Below are positions 10,064 to 19,108 of a stretch of 64,000 bases of DNA, piece by piece. A program made the position numbers and the translations under genes. Each line of letters begins with the position of its first letter. The first letter of the stretch is position 1. This DNA is from a virus. Taxonomy: Duplodnaviria; Caudoviricetes. The notes under the pieces were generated by a model, which searched no databases, was not told the origin of the DNA, and saw only the letters and a list, made by a program, of their open reading frames with translations. The stretch covers positions 32,001 to 96,000 of IMG/VR virus record IMGVR_UViG_3300014203_000012; one strand, 5' to 3'.

Positions 10064-11206
10064 TTATGCATCCTCTTTTAAGTACTTAGCAAAATTAAGT
10101 CTCCTAAGAGCCTCAGACAATAGGTTAGAAGTATCTGTGTATATACCGCTGTGTTTTTCTTTCTCAGTTTCTACGAAAAGCAATATCATGATATATCTTT
10201 CTATATTTTTTATATTATCACGAATATTTTCCTTCTTAGTATTAACTGTGAAATTTGCGATATAATTAATTAGTGAAATTAATTTAGAGTTTGTAGATTT
10301 GATTTCTCCATAGTATTCAATAAATCTACAAATGTAACCTCTAAGTTTTATGTAATCGTATAGCTCATTATCATCGTATGTTTTAGTGCTGATGATAGTA
10401 TCTATAGTATTAATAATAAATATAATTGTATTAAGAAAATTTGCATTATACTTATTAGTGCAGTTTTTACTCATGCACTTGAATAGATCCTCTTCTGCAT
10501 ATTTGGTAAGCGTATAAATCGATGAGTCATTACATATTATATTTGTAGATGCCCCATTGATAAAAGAAAGTCTTTTGAGAGTGTATATTTTATTCTTCAA
10601 TACACCTTTATATTTTACGGCTTCATCCACTACACCCTTTCTTTCGGTTGGAGTATATGTAGATTCGGCTATATTGTAGTGAATATAATCTCCAAAGACA
10701 TTAAATCTTTCCGACTCCCAAATATCTACGTTTATTGAAGCGAAATTAACTAATCGGTTTAGAACTCTTATCGGTTCTACATATTGTGTATCGATAGTTG
10801 CTGCAATTTCTGTATTCATTTTTTTAATCTTCCCCCGCATAATGTATTCTTCATATATTTTATCATATTTCATATTGTTCAACGTTTCATAGATATATCT
10901 AATTAGATCACTATGGAACACGCAGACTCCTACTTTACGAAAAGTCTCTGAATGGTGTTTATCTCCAACTTTTATAGTTATAGTTCTATCAGAGTTAGAC
11001 TCATTGGATGTGATTACTATTATGCTGCCATCACTATTACATGGTTCTGACATTGGGATTGATGATACGAAGTCGTATAATACAATACTAAGGTTTATAC
11101 TACAATAGTTCATAAAATCTTCCAAAGTCAATTGTCTAGATAATTTATTATTAATATACACATCAATTTTGTCTTCATTAGATCTGAAAACAATCGATCG
11201 TGTCAC
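10064..11206 (-). CDS. Hypothetical protein; N-terminal domain paralogous to 11203..11607
   Basis: Probable GTG start at 11206 after a GGGGG RBS. Shares IxxYINNKL...MKYDKI with its neighbour. Confidence 0.65.
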   Translation of the reverse strand: MTRSIVFRSNEDKIDVYINNKLSRQLTLEDFMNYCSINLSIVLYDFVSSIPMSEPCNSDGSIIVITSNESNSDRTITIKVGDKHHSETFRKVGVCVFHSDLIRYIYETLNNMKYDKIYEEYIMRGKIKKMNTEIAATIDTQYVEPIRVLNRLVNFASINVDIWESERFNVFGDYIHYNIAESTYTPTERKGVVDEAVKYKGVLKNKIYTLKRLSFINGASTNIICNDSSIYTLTKYAEEDLFKCMSKNCTNKYNANFLNTIIFIINTIDTIISTKTYDDNELYDYIKLRGYICRFIEYYGEIKSTNSKLISLINYIANFTVNTKKENIRDNIKNIERYIMILLFVETEKEKHSGIYTDTSNLLSEALRRLNFAKYLKEDA

Positions 11207-11607
11207 CCTAAAACCCCCCATAGATTTTTAATCGAGTCTATTTTAAATATTTTATCATATTTCATGCGCACCATTGTATCGACGATAGATTTGATAATGT
11301 CGCAATAAAATATTTTCTCCCCAACTCCATCTAAAAATAGAGTTTCTGTTTCTGTTCCCACTGTTATATAAATAATAAAGTTTACTGAAGACTCGGTAGA
11401 TTGTATAGTAAAGGCAGATATTTTTATCTCCCCATCTACAATACACCCGCCAATATTTGACTGAGATACTAAAAAATTGTGTAAGTTTATATCAATAATA
11501 GGATTATTTGGAGTTATAAAAATATTTACTGGTATTTGGTTTATCAATTTATTATTAATATACGTTTCTATTTTATTTTTATTTTGCTTAAATACAAGAT
11601 ATATCAT
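11203..11607 (-). CDS. Hypothetical protein (single copy of the repeated ~120-aa domain)
   Basis: 134-aa ORF with a GGGGG RBS. Confidence 0.65.
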   Translation of the reverse strand: MIYLVFKQNKNKIETYINNKLINQIPVNIFITPNNPIIDINLHNFLVSQSNIGGCIVDGEIKISAFTIQSTESSVNFIIYITVGTETETLFLDGVGEKIFYCDIIKSIVDTMVRMKYDKIFKIDSIKNLWGVLG

Positions 11608-12691
11608 TTAATAACCCCCATAGATTTTTAATTGATTTTTCTTTATATAACTTTAAATATTTTAAGTCGTTTAGCTTTTCAAAAATTTCATCAAACCCAC
11701 TACTAGTTATACCTGTAGTATCGGGAAACATTACACTATTATGCCGATTTCCGGCTATCATTATCATAAGGTTATTTTTATTTTTATATTTAACAAGTAT
11801 GATATTTAATTTATCTAGATGGATTGTTGGGTAATTGTATCCTTTATCATGATTATATATAAGCTCGGATAGCGAGTCCATCACTCTAAAATTATCAAAG
11901 TTCTTTAACAAAATAGATGAGCAACTATTCGTTTTCTCATCATTAATGAAAGGAGCTATTTGACCATCTTCAGTTTTATAAAATCCAAGATAACTTACAC
12001 TTTTTATTTCTGGATCGTCGTATTTTACATATTTTGATAATCCATTTGGATCTGCTTTCATACGAATAGCATCTATTTCCTTTTCAAACAGTGATGTAAA
12101 TTCAGCATCTTTTACATTGTAATTGACAAGAGGTGAAATAATTTCATTAGCTAAAGTAACTGTTGTACAATCTATTCTAATAGATTTTAAAATAGTATTA
12201 GCTTTAGTATCAAGAGTGGTAATTAGAGTATTAAGCATAGTTTTATAATTTTCAGCAAATGTTTCTTTATCACAACATTCCGATTTCAAAGATTTAATTA
12301 TAAACTCATCTAAATATTTATGTATCAATCTACCTGAAAGTACACCATAATATCTGTTAAGCATTGGTCCTATATCAGACGTACGAAGAATTTCTTTAAA
12401 ATGTAATCTGAGAGATTTGTATACACCGTATTCTCCATCACCTTGAGACACAGTGGTATTTAATATTGTTATACGTGGAATATCAGTAAGATCTAATATA
12501 GGATAGTGTATACTATCATACTCCTGAGAACAAGAAGTTATTCTGTAATCTGGAGATTTACCAGAAATGTGTATATCGCGATATACAGGATTGCCATTTT
12601 TCATAATAACCAGGGTTGTTAAAATATTTCCATTCATAGTTGGTAATTTGAAATGTTTTTCTAATTCGCTTAGTTTTCTCATGTGTGACAT
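11588..12691 (-). CDS. Hypothetical early protein
   Basis: 367-aa ORF, AGGAG RBS, early-type promoter at 12761-12773. Confidence 0.7.
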   Translation of the reverse strand: MSHMRKLSELEKHFKLPTMNGNILTTLVIMKNGNPVYRDIHISGKSPDYRITSCSQEYDSIHYPILDLTDIPRITILNTTVSQGDGEYGVYKSLRLHFKEILRTSDIGPMLNRYYGVLSGRLIHKYLDEFIIKSLKSECCDKETFAENYKTMLNTLITTLDTKANTILKSIRIDCTTVTLANEIISPLVNYNVKDAEFTSLFEKEIDAIRMKADPNGLSKYVKYDDPEIKSVSYLGFYKTEDGQIAPFINDEKTNSCSSILLKNFDNFRVMDSLSELIYNHDKGYNYPTIHLDKLNIILVKYKNKNNLMIMIAGNRHNSVMFPDTTGITSSGFDEIFEKLNDLKYLKLYKEKSIKNLWGLLNDISCI

Positions 12692-12760
12692 CTCTCCTTA
12701 AATTTTGTTAAGAGTGTTTCTCTTACTATAATGATAGATAGGTTTTCAATTCCTATCAGT

Positions 12761-12773
12761 TATATAATATATA
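12761..12773 (-). promoter_or_regulatory. Early-type promoter TATATATTATATA
   Basis: The motif recurs about 12 times, upstream of and co-oriented with non-structural genes. Confidence 0.65.
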
Positions 12774-12875
12774 AACAAACATAAGTATAATCATATGTAA
12801 AAGTATGGTTGCTTCCTTACATTTCCTTTTTCTCGAAATTGTTCATCTCTCTTTCCCCTTATTTTACACGCCTAA

Positions 12876-12904
12876 TGCCCATGCCACCTGCCCTGGCATG
12901 GGCA
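12876..12904. other. GC-rich hairpin in an intergenic region (candidate sRNA or leader)
   Basis: tgcccatgcca-cctgccc-tggcatgggca: an 11-bp stem in an AT-rich background. Confidence 0.5.
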
Positions 12905-12921
12905 CCGGTCTGTCAAAATAC

Positions 12922-12948
12922 TCCCTCTATAGCAATGCTATAGAGGGA
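12922..12948 (-). terminator. Terminator after the terminase gene
   Basis: tccctctatagc-aat-gctatagaggga followed by a T-rich tract on the minus strand. Confidence 0.8.
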
Positions 12949-12959
12949 TATATTATGTT

Positions 12960-15194
12960 TTATCTAAAATTGAAATTCTCATCCATCATTTTTTTATAAT
13001 CCTCTTCAGGATCTGATGCAAAATTAGTAAACACTGAGTCTGGAATTGCCATGTTATCAAGATCTAAATTAGAATTCAAGTCGTCAATAGTACAGTTATT
13101 TTGTCTAGCATATGATTCTTTAACTGCTCTATTTTGTAGCATCATTCTAAGCATGACATTTTCTTTTTCCATTTCACTTTTCTTCCAATCGCTCAAAAGA
13201 ATACCACTAGCTGCTTTCATTTCTTTAAGTTCTTTATTTACTTCTTCGTTTAAATCATTATCAATATATTCTATTTCTTCTACAATGCTAGAATACTTCT
13301 CTTCTAGCCCATTTATAACTTCATCAATCTGTTCATCCGTCTTGATTGAACTTTTTTCGATATGGAATAATTCCTTAAGGTTCTTGCCTTCATACCATAC
13401 GTATAGAGCCATCAAATATGAGAATACTTGGTCATCATGACTTGTATCTGAATGCTCTACTCTACCGCTTCTTTTAACTTGCATACCCTTCAATTCTCTA
13501 TGAAGTATAGGAGAGATAAATTTATCTTTATGAAGCTCCATTCTCTCTCTAAGTATTTCAATTAATAATTCACGGCTAGCTTTACCAGAATCGAAACCAT
13601 AAACTTTTGTTTTCTGTTTCTTTCGTACTATACGTAATCCATCATTTGTTTCTTCTATTACTCTATCTTTAATTTCGTAATAGAGATTCTTCTTGATCTT
13701 AGATTCTATAAGCTTAGCAAGAACAGATGCACCATAACCGCCATTTCGCTCTACGTTTATTACAACGTTCGGCATCATAGTTGTTGTTATCTCATATATT
13801 ACTCTGGCTAAATCTATAGGAGATATATAGTTGCATTTGAAATCTGCAAAGACTCTGGTTGTTTTAGAATCAATGATAGTTATGGCGGAAGCATCTTGAT
13901 TGTAACCACCAGATACATCGACACCCATAACAGGTGGATATTTTGGAGTATAATCTGATTTCAAAGGAATCTTCTCGTAGATATTTAGAGTCCACTTACC
14001 AAGAATAAGTCTAGCATCAATAGGATCATGAACTAACCGACCTACTGTTTCTAAATCTTCCTTATTAAATGGAGAGTTCTCTGGACTATCGCTCCATTCT
14101 AATAATATTTCGCGACGTATTTCGTTCCATTTCCACTGCATTTCCTTACATATATCTTCAAACCATTTTTCATCTCGACCAACTTGTTTATATGTAAATT
14201 TTACATAGACAAAGTTAGAAGAACTATTAGCATTTATAATACCCATGATTTGTTGATAGCTTAGATCGTACCATTTTTCTGTAAAGTTTACAGCACCTTG
14301 AAGCATACGATATGCTTCTTTACCTTCATTAGTAGTTAGGATACCAGGAGTTGTAGAAAGTAGTATACCATAAGGAGCTCCAACTTTCTTAGCATTCAAT
14401 GCTGCAGTTTTAAATGCAGGAATTGTGTTAATATAGATAATGTCATTATATGGAATAAATGCCCACTCATCTGCCCATAGTGCAGGAATGGTTCGACCAC
14501 GAAGTAGATTAGCTGCTGCTATTTGATTTCTAGCAGATGGTGCTGTTTTTATTACGTTCTTATTAATAGGATGCTGAATAGTTTCTACAGTTGATGGCAT
14601 CTTAAGTTTCTTATTATCCATACTATAAGGCTGATCCATTCGTAAATATGATGGAAGAGAATCTCGTATGTCTTTAAGTCGCTGTAGATTCAGCTTGGAA
14701 TCTTTCATTGCTTTGTTTAAGAATGTAATTTCAGAGTTAGACGTAGCAAAGTTATATACGTACAAATACCAAATAACTGCAGATACTGATTTACCTTGCT
14801 GCCGTGGTAGTTCGAAAAAGATATTCAAATTATACATTAAGCAAAAGTTTAATGCTAAGTTACCCCTATGAAGATTATATACATCTCCTGTAGCTTTACC
14901 TGCAACTGGAACCCGTACAACTTCTCTTAGATAGTACCAATAATTAAATCGTACTTCTCTAAGAATTTTAGCTTTTTGAACCTGACTCAGATTAGGATCG
15001 TGTGGATCTACGCCAGCCAAATCCGGATCTAATAGTGTAAGCATGAATTTGTTATTTTCTACACCAGTCTTTTTTAGATAGTAGTGCATCTCTAAAAATG
15101 ATCTATTGGTTGTAGACATTTGATATACTCTAGCTGGAGCAGCTTGTCGTTGTTGTGGTAATCGACTGTACTGCGCACCACCCTGTTGTATCAT
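12960..15194 (-). CDS. terL: Terminase large subunit
   Basis: Walker A ELPRQQGKS, Walker B WADEWAF, STTPG coupling motif, nuclease motifs GVDVSGG, VERN and HDDQVFS. Confidence 0.92.
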   Translation of the reverse strand: MIQQGGAQYSRLPQQRQAAPARVYQMSTTNRSFLEMHYYLKKTGVENNKFMLTLLDPDLAGVDPHDPNLSQVQKAKILREVRFNYWYYLREVVRVPVAGKATGDVYNLHRGNLALNFCLMYNLNIFFELPRQQGKSVSAVIWYLYVYNFATSNSEITFLNKAMKDSKLNLQRLKDIRDSLPSYLRMDQPYSMDNKKLKMPSTVETIQHPINKNVIKTAPSARNQIAAANLLRGRTIPALWADEWAFIPYNDIIYINTIPAFKTAALNAKKVGAPYGILLSTTPGILTTNEGKEAYRMLQGAVNFTEKWYDLSYQQIMGIINANSSSNFVYVKFTYKQVGRDEKWFEDICKEMQWKWNEIRREILLEWSDSPENSPFNKEDLETVGRLVHDPIDARLILGKWTLNIYEKIPLKSDYTPKYPPVMGVDVSGGYNQDASAITIIDSKTTRVFADFKCNYISPIDLARVIYEITTTMMPNVVINVERNGGYGASVLAKLIESKIKKNLYYEIKDRVIEETNDGLRIVRKKQKTKVYGFDSGKASRELLIEILRERMELHKDKFISPILHRELKGMQVKRSGRVEHSDTSHDDQVFSYLMALYVWYEGKNLKELFHIEKSSIKTDEQIDEVINGLEEKYSSIVEEIEYIDNDLNEEVNKELKEMKAASGILLSDWKKSEMEKENVMLRMMLQNRAVKESYARQNNCTIDDLNSNLDLDNMAIPDSVFTNFASDPEEDYKKMMDENFNFR

Positions 15195-15277
15195 ACTGGT
15201 TCACCCCTTTATTGAGCTCTTATACTCTAGTTAATTCAATAAAGGGGTAAATATGCTGAACGCATTTAGCGTTCAGT

Positions 15278-15658
15278 CTAGTAATGTTTTTTACTATAAT
15301 CTAAATTGGTTAGTATTCGTGGGGTATATGTATAGTTTCTTTGAACGATAGTATCGATTTCACCGCGAATCTTATCAATTGCAACTATAGTATTGCTGTT
15401 ACGACATATACAATTAAATATACTATTATGTATTTTTATTTTTCTACGTCTAAGCAATACATCTTGAAGCATCGAATACGCTTTCCATCCATCATATGCA
15501 TTTAATTTAGAAAATTCTATATAATGTTCTATATCTGTTTTTTCTAAATCTATTTTAGAGAGTGCATCGTTATGCTGTTTTAGAAATTTATCAATTTCAC
15601 CCTTATTCTTTCCGGTCAATAATAATAAAGTATCAATAATATTTATTATTTCATCCAT
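15278..15658 (-). CDS. Hypothetical protein
   Basis: 126-aa ORF overlapping the helicase stop. Confidence 0.6.
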   Translation of the reverse strand: MDEIINIIDTLLLLTGKNKGEIDKFLKQHNDALSKIDLEKTDIEHYIEFSKLNAYDGWKAYSMLQDVLLRRRKIKIHNSIFNCICRNSNTIVAIDKIRGEIDTIVQRNYTYTPRILTNLDYSKKHY

Positions 15659-17234
15659 CTATTATCACCCTTTCTACAATGGTGCGCTCTACTATGTTTC
15701 TCTGTGCCATATTCATTTGATAGTTGTATATCTGTTGAATATAAGCAATTTGTCTAGCGGCAACAATTTGATTATATTTCACATCAAGCTCTTTATCACT
15801 AATGAATATATCGGTAGACTCTGTAGCATACTTATCGAATATCTGTTGTTTCTGCTTATAATATTTCTTGATAGATAAGAACCCTCTATCTACTGCTTCT
15901 ATATAAACAGTATCTCTGGCTCTTGTTCTCCCCAATGTTTGTCTAGCCAACACTTCAGACTTAAAAGGTTCAGCTAATACAATAGTTAATACAAGCCCAG
16001 GAATATCTATTGCTGCACCGCAGGACTTAGTAGTTGAAAGTATAACCCTCTTATTCAACTGCTCAGCCTTTATATTCTTAGGAACTAGAGAATTATATAT
16101 TCCTATCTGACCAAGATACTCTGGGAAATAATAACTCATCCAATTAAATACTATTTGTATCGCACTATTAGTGCCTATATATATTAAAGTTTTACCATTC
16201 TTTTTCCTACTAATTTCCATGAGAATATAGATTAACTTATAGAACTCTGGTCTTGTTACTGCATAATTTGTATAATTGTTTCTATCAAACCCATAAGCAT
16301 TCTTACAATCATTTATTTGAAATGCAGTAGGATGAGAGTTATAACTGATCCCTATATATTTTGTTCTAGGATCTTCCTCCTCATTAAATAGATCAATAGC
16401 AGGAACGTTCTTAAAGCACATTTGGTAGATTATATTTTCTTCTTCATCACTTCTAGCGGGAGTTGCAGTAAGATATATAGTCTTCATTGTATTAGTGAAG
16501 AAATCTATCTTACAAATATTATCGAAATTAAGATGAGCTTCATCGTATATCTTAATCCCAACCCCAAGTAGTTTAAATAACCCTCCAACTTTATCCCAAC
16601 CGTGTTTATCTCCATAACTCTTTATAGTATCATGGGAAGCTAGAATAAACTTATACTTTGTAAAATCATTCATTCCATTTAATAGTCTAGCGATAGATCC
16701 ACTGCCAGCAATAATATAAACTTCTTCTTTCTTTATATCTGTATACTCTACAATATTATTTTTCCATTGATCTATCCATCCTAAAGATGAAGTAATCATC
16801 ATTGTCATTATAGACGTGTATGATGCCATAGCTATACTTACATACGTCTTACCAACTCCAGGATTTAGATTTACTGATAGTTGAGACTTTGCTTTAGTAT
16901 AGCTATACTCATCCTTACCAAGAACAAATCTAATAGCTTCTTTTTGAACGTCATCTCTTGGTAAATATTTAATCCTAATTGGTTCTACTTTTCTACATGG
17001 ATCGCATTTACTATCTAAATATGCCTTGCAACCAAATACACCTTCTATAAAGTATATATCTGCTCCTCTTGGAAGATACAATTTTTTATTCTCTTCATCA
17101 TAATAAATTGCTTTAGGAAAACTTATATGTCTTATTTTATCATACGTACTAAAAAACTTTTCTAATCTAGGAGCATTTCCAAGCTCATAGTTATTAATAA
17201 CTATGCTTGAATGTCTCACTTCTATTTTATTCAT
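15651..17234 (-). CDS. Superfamily 2 DNA helicase (UvsW-like)
   Basis: PGVGKT, IYDEAH, LTATPARSD, GAAIDIP, QTLGRTR. ATG at 17234 after GGGGTG. Confidence 0.88.
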   Translation of the reverse strand: MNKIEVRHSSIVINNYELGNAPRLEKFFSTYDKIRHISFPKAIYYDEENKKLYLPRGADIYFIEGVFGCKAYLDSKCDPCRKVEPIRIKYLPRDDVQKEAIRFVLGKDEYSYTKAKSQLSVNLNPGVGKTYVSIAMASYTSIMTMMITSSLGWIDQWKNNIVEYTDIKKEEVYIIAGSGSIARLLNGMNDFTKYKFILASHDTIKSYGDKHGWDKVGGLFKLLGVGIKIYDEAHLNFDNICKIDFFTNTMKTIYLTATPARSDEEENIIYQMCFKNVPAIDLFNEEEDPRTKYIGISYNSHPTAFQINDCKNAYGFDRNNYTNYAVTRPEFYKLIYILMEISRKKNGKTLIYIGTNSAIQIVFNWMSYYFPEYLGQIGIYNSLVPKNIKAEQLNKRVILSTTKSCGAAIDIPGLVLTIVLAEPFKSEVLARQTLGRTRARDTVYIEAVDRGFLSIKKYYKQKQQIFDKYATESTDIFISDKELDVKYNQIVAARQIAYIQQIYNYQMNMAQRNIVERTIVERVIIDG

Positions 17235-17332
17235 TCTAATCACCCCATTATAAAGCTGTTGGATAGCAAATTAAAATAAAATTATAAAAAAGAAAAGAGA
17301 GTGATATTTCTAGCACTCTCATATTACACACT

Positions 17333-18187
17333 TTATTCTTTGATTGGATAAACATTTTGCTCGTGTATGAACGATTTATATTTTATATCTTTTGTGGCAG
17401 CATGATAAACAAATCTAAGTATATTACCATCAAAGAGCAATTTAGGAACTACCATTGTGATGATTCCATTAGTCATACTAGCTTTATAAGATACAATATC
17501 TTCCTTTATAGCTTTAGGCAAGCTATCACCTTCATTGTCAATAAAATAAGATGATATATCATAAATTTTATTGAATACGTGAGGCGGAACTATACTACCA
17601 ATTATCTCCGATATTAATGGATTATTTCTTTCTGGTTTGTGTATAAATATGAAATGTGAGATTAATGGTATTACAAATTTGACAAATAGACTAGTTTCCA
17701 TAAGAGAAATAGTTTCCTCGTCGGTATAGTCCAATACCTTATATTTAGATTTTTTATAATGCATTTCTGAATTATAATTATCTAAATTCATTTTCTTAAT
17801 CTTTTCAGATATAACTCCACTTAGTATATAATTTTGAATATCTGAAATAAACAATTCTTTAGTATACTCTTCTGTTTTGAAATTCATTAAAAGGCTCATG
17901 CGTTCATATGCTGAGAGTAAATTCTTCTCAGGATCATAGAACTTTTCGAAGTAATTAAGATAATGAGTTAAATGCTCGCGCATATACTCACTATTATATG
18001 CACGTTTAGATGTCATTACAAAATGATTTACGATACTATCTTGAGGTTTTACCGCAATAGATATAGTACCCTGTGAATGTTTAAATATTTGATCCTCTTC
18101 TGGAATGTTGTGAATATACACATTGGAGTTAGGACGTACCAAACACCATTTGTCCGCTGGAATAAAATTAGACTGTTCTGCTTTCAT
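17333..18187 (-). CDS. Truncated paralog of the sigma-like RNAP promoter-specificity subunit (N-terminal domain only)
   Basis: Collinear with the first ~300 aa of 37544..39121 (SKRxYNS, YLNYFEKFYD, MNxDNYN, LxYTD, IPLxSH, PK...NI, DIKYK). Has its own early promoter at 18236-18248. Confidence 0.7.
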   Translation of the reverse strand: MKAEQSNFIPADKWCLVRPNSNVYIHNIPEEDQIFKHSQGTISIAVKPQDSIVNHFVMTSKRAYNSEYMREHLTHYLNYFEKFYDPEKNLLSAYERMSLLMNFKTEEYTKELFISDIQNYILSGVISEKIKKMNLDNYNSEMHYKKSKYKVLDYTDEETISLMETSLFVKFVIPLISHFIFIHKPERNNPLISEIIGSIVPPHVFNKIYDISSYFIDNEGDSLPKAIKEDIVSYKASMTNGIITMVVPKLLFDGNILRFVYHAATKDIKYKSFIHEQNVYPIKE

Positions 18188-18235
18188 TGTTATCAATCTC
18201 CTTCAAGATATAATGCAATTGTCTTATTGCTCACT

Positions 18236-18248
18236 TATATAATATATA
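18236..18248 (-). promoter_or_regulatory. Early-type promoter
   Basis: TTATATATTATATAAGTGAGCAAT. Confidence 0.65.
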
Positions 18249-18288
18249 ATCAAAAAATAAAAGGCTACCTATATAGGTAGCCTTTATA

Positions 18289-18660
18289 TTAGATATCAAA
18301 ATACGGATTAAATAGTCTTAGCATTGCTTGTATGGATGCATTCTTGGCTGATAGTAAGAGGGTTATACCATTTCTGAAATCCTCCTCGGTCATTCTTTCA
18401 TCATAACTATAAAAGACAACACGATCACAATCAAAGCTACAATCTTGCATAAACTCAAATCTTGGACCGTTGTATATTTTTTCAATTCGTTCAGTAAACA
18501 TAGCAAGAGGTCTATCCCATACTTGGAATTCTCCATCTTTAATATACATTGCTTTATAAATAACTCTTTCTTCTAGAGTTTCTGTGTCTTTAGCAATGTT
18601 CAATATAACGTAATAGTTACCCTTAAAATGTCTGTAAATCTGCCCTACTTTAACTTCCAT
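18289..18660 (-). CDS. DUF1653-family protein
   Basis: GQIYRHFKGNYY...AKDTETLEERVIYKA...WDRPLAMF. ATG at 18660 after GAGGAG. Confidence 0.8.
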   Translation of the reverse strand: MEVKVGQIYRHFKGNYYVILNIAKDTETLEERVIYKAMYIKDGEFQVWDRPLAMFTERIEKIYNGPRFEFMQDCSFDCDRVVFYSYDERMTEEDFRNGITLLLSAKNASIQAMLRLFNPYFDI

Positions 18661-18661
18661 A

Positions 18662-19108
18662 TTAAATATTCTCCTCTTGTATAAACTCATTAGCTTGCTT
18701 TATGAAATTAGCGTATAACATATTCGATAATAATTCTATTCTTTGTTGGTTGGCTTTAATAGCAAACGCTGCTTCTTTATCGATTGGTAACACTAATACC
18801 ATCTCGACACCTTCAGTGTTTAATAATTTATCTATAAAATCTTTATCCTCATCATCAAGTGGAGATTCTGGAGTTTTATAAGTAGACGGGTCTATAAATA
18901 CATATATAAATTTATACCTTTCTTCTTTAATTATAGAGAAGTTTGGATATAAATTTGCAATATCATATTTACCAGAACCTACTCTTTTAAGCAACTCTAT
19001 CAGCTCAGTATTCTTTTTATATAATACTCTAGCCGTGCGAATATCTCCTTTATTTTTATACCAAATTACCAGAGATCCAGCTTTATTGTAATCAAACATA
19101 TTAATCAT
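18662..19108 (-). CDS. Hypothetical protein, tandem paralog of 19105..19551
   Basis: Shared SLxIWY...KKN..L..LL.R...PN.S.IK...SP.D...EMV. Confidence 0.65.
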   Translation of the reverse strand: MINMFDYNKAGSLVIWYKNKGDIRTARVLYKKNTELIELLKRVGSGKYDIANLYPNFSIIKEERYKFIYVFIDPSTYKTPESPLDDEDKDFIDKLLNTEGVEMVLVLPIDKEAAFAIKANQQRIELLSNMLYANFIKQANEFIQEENI

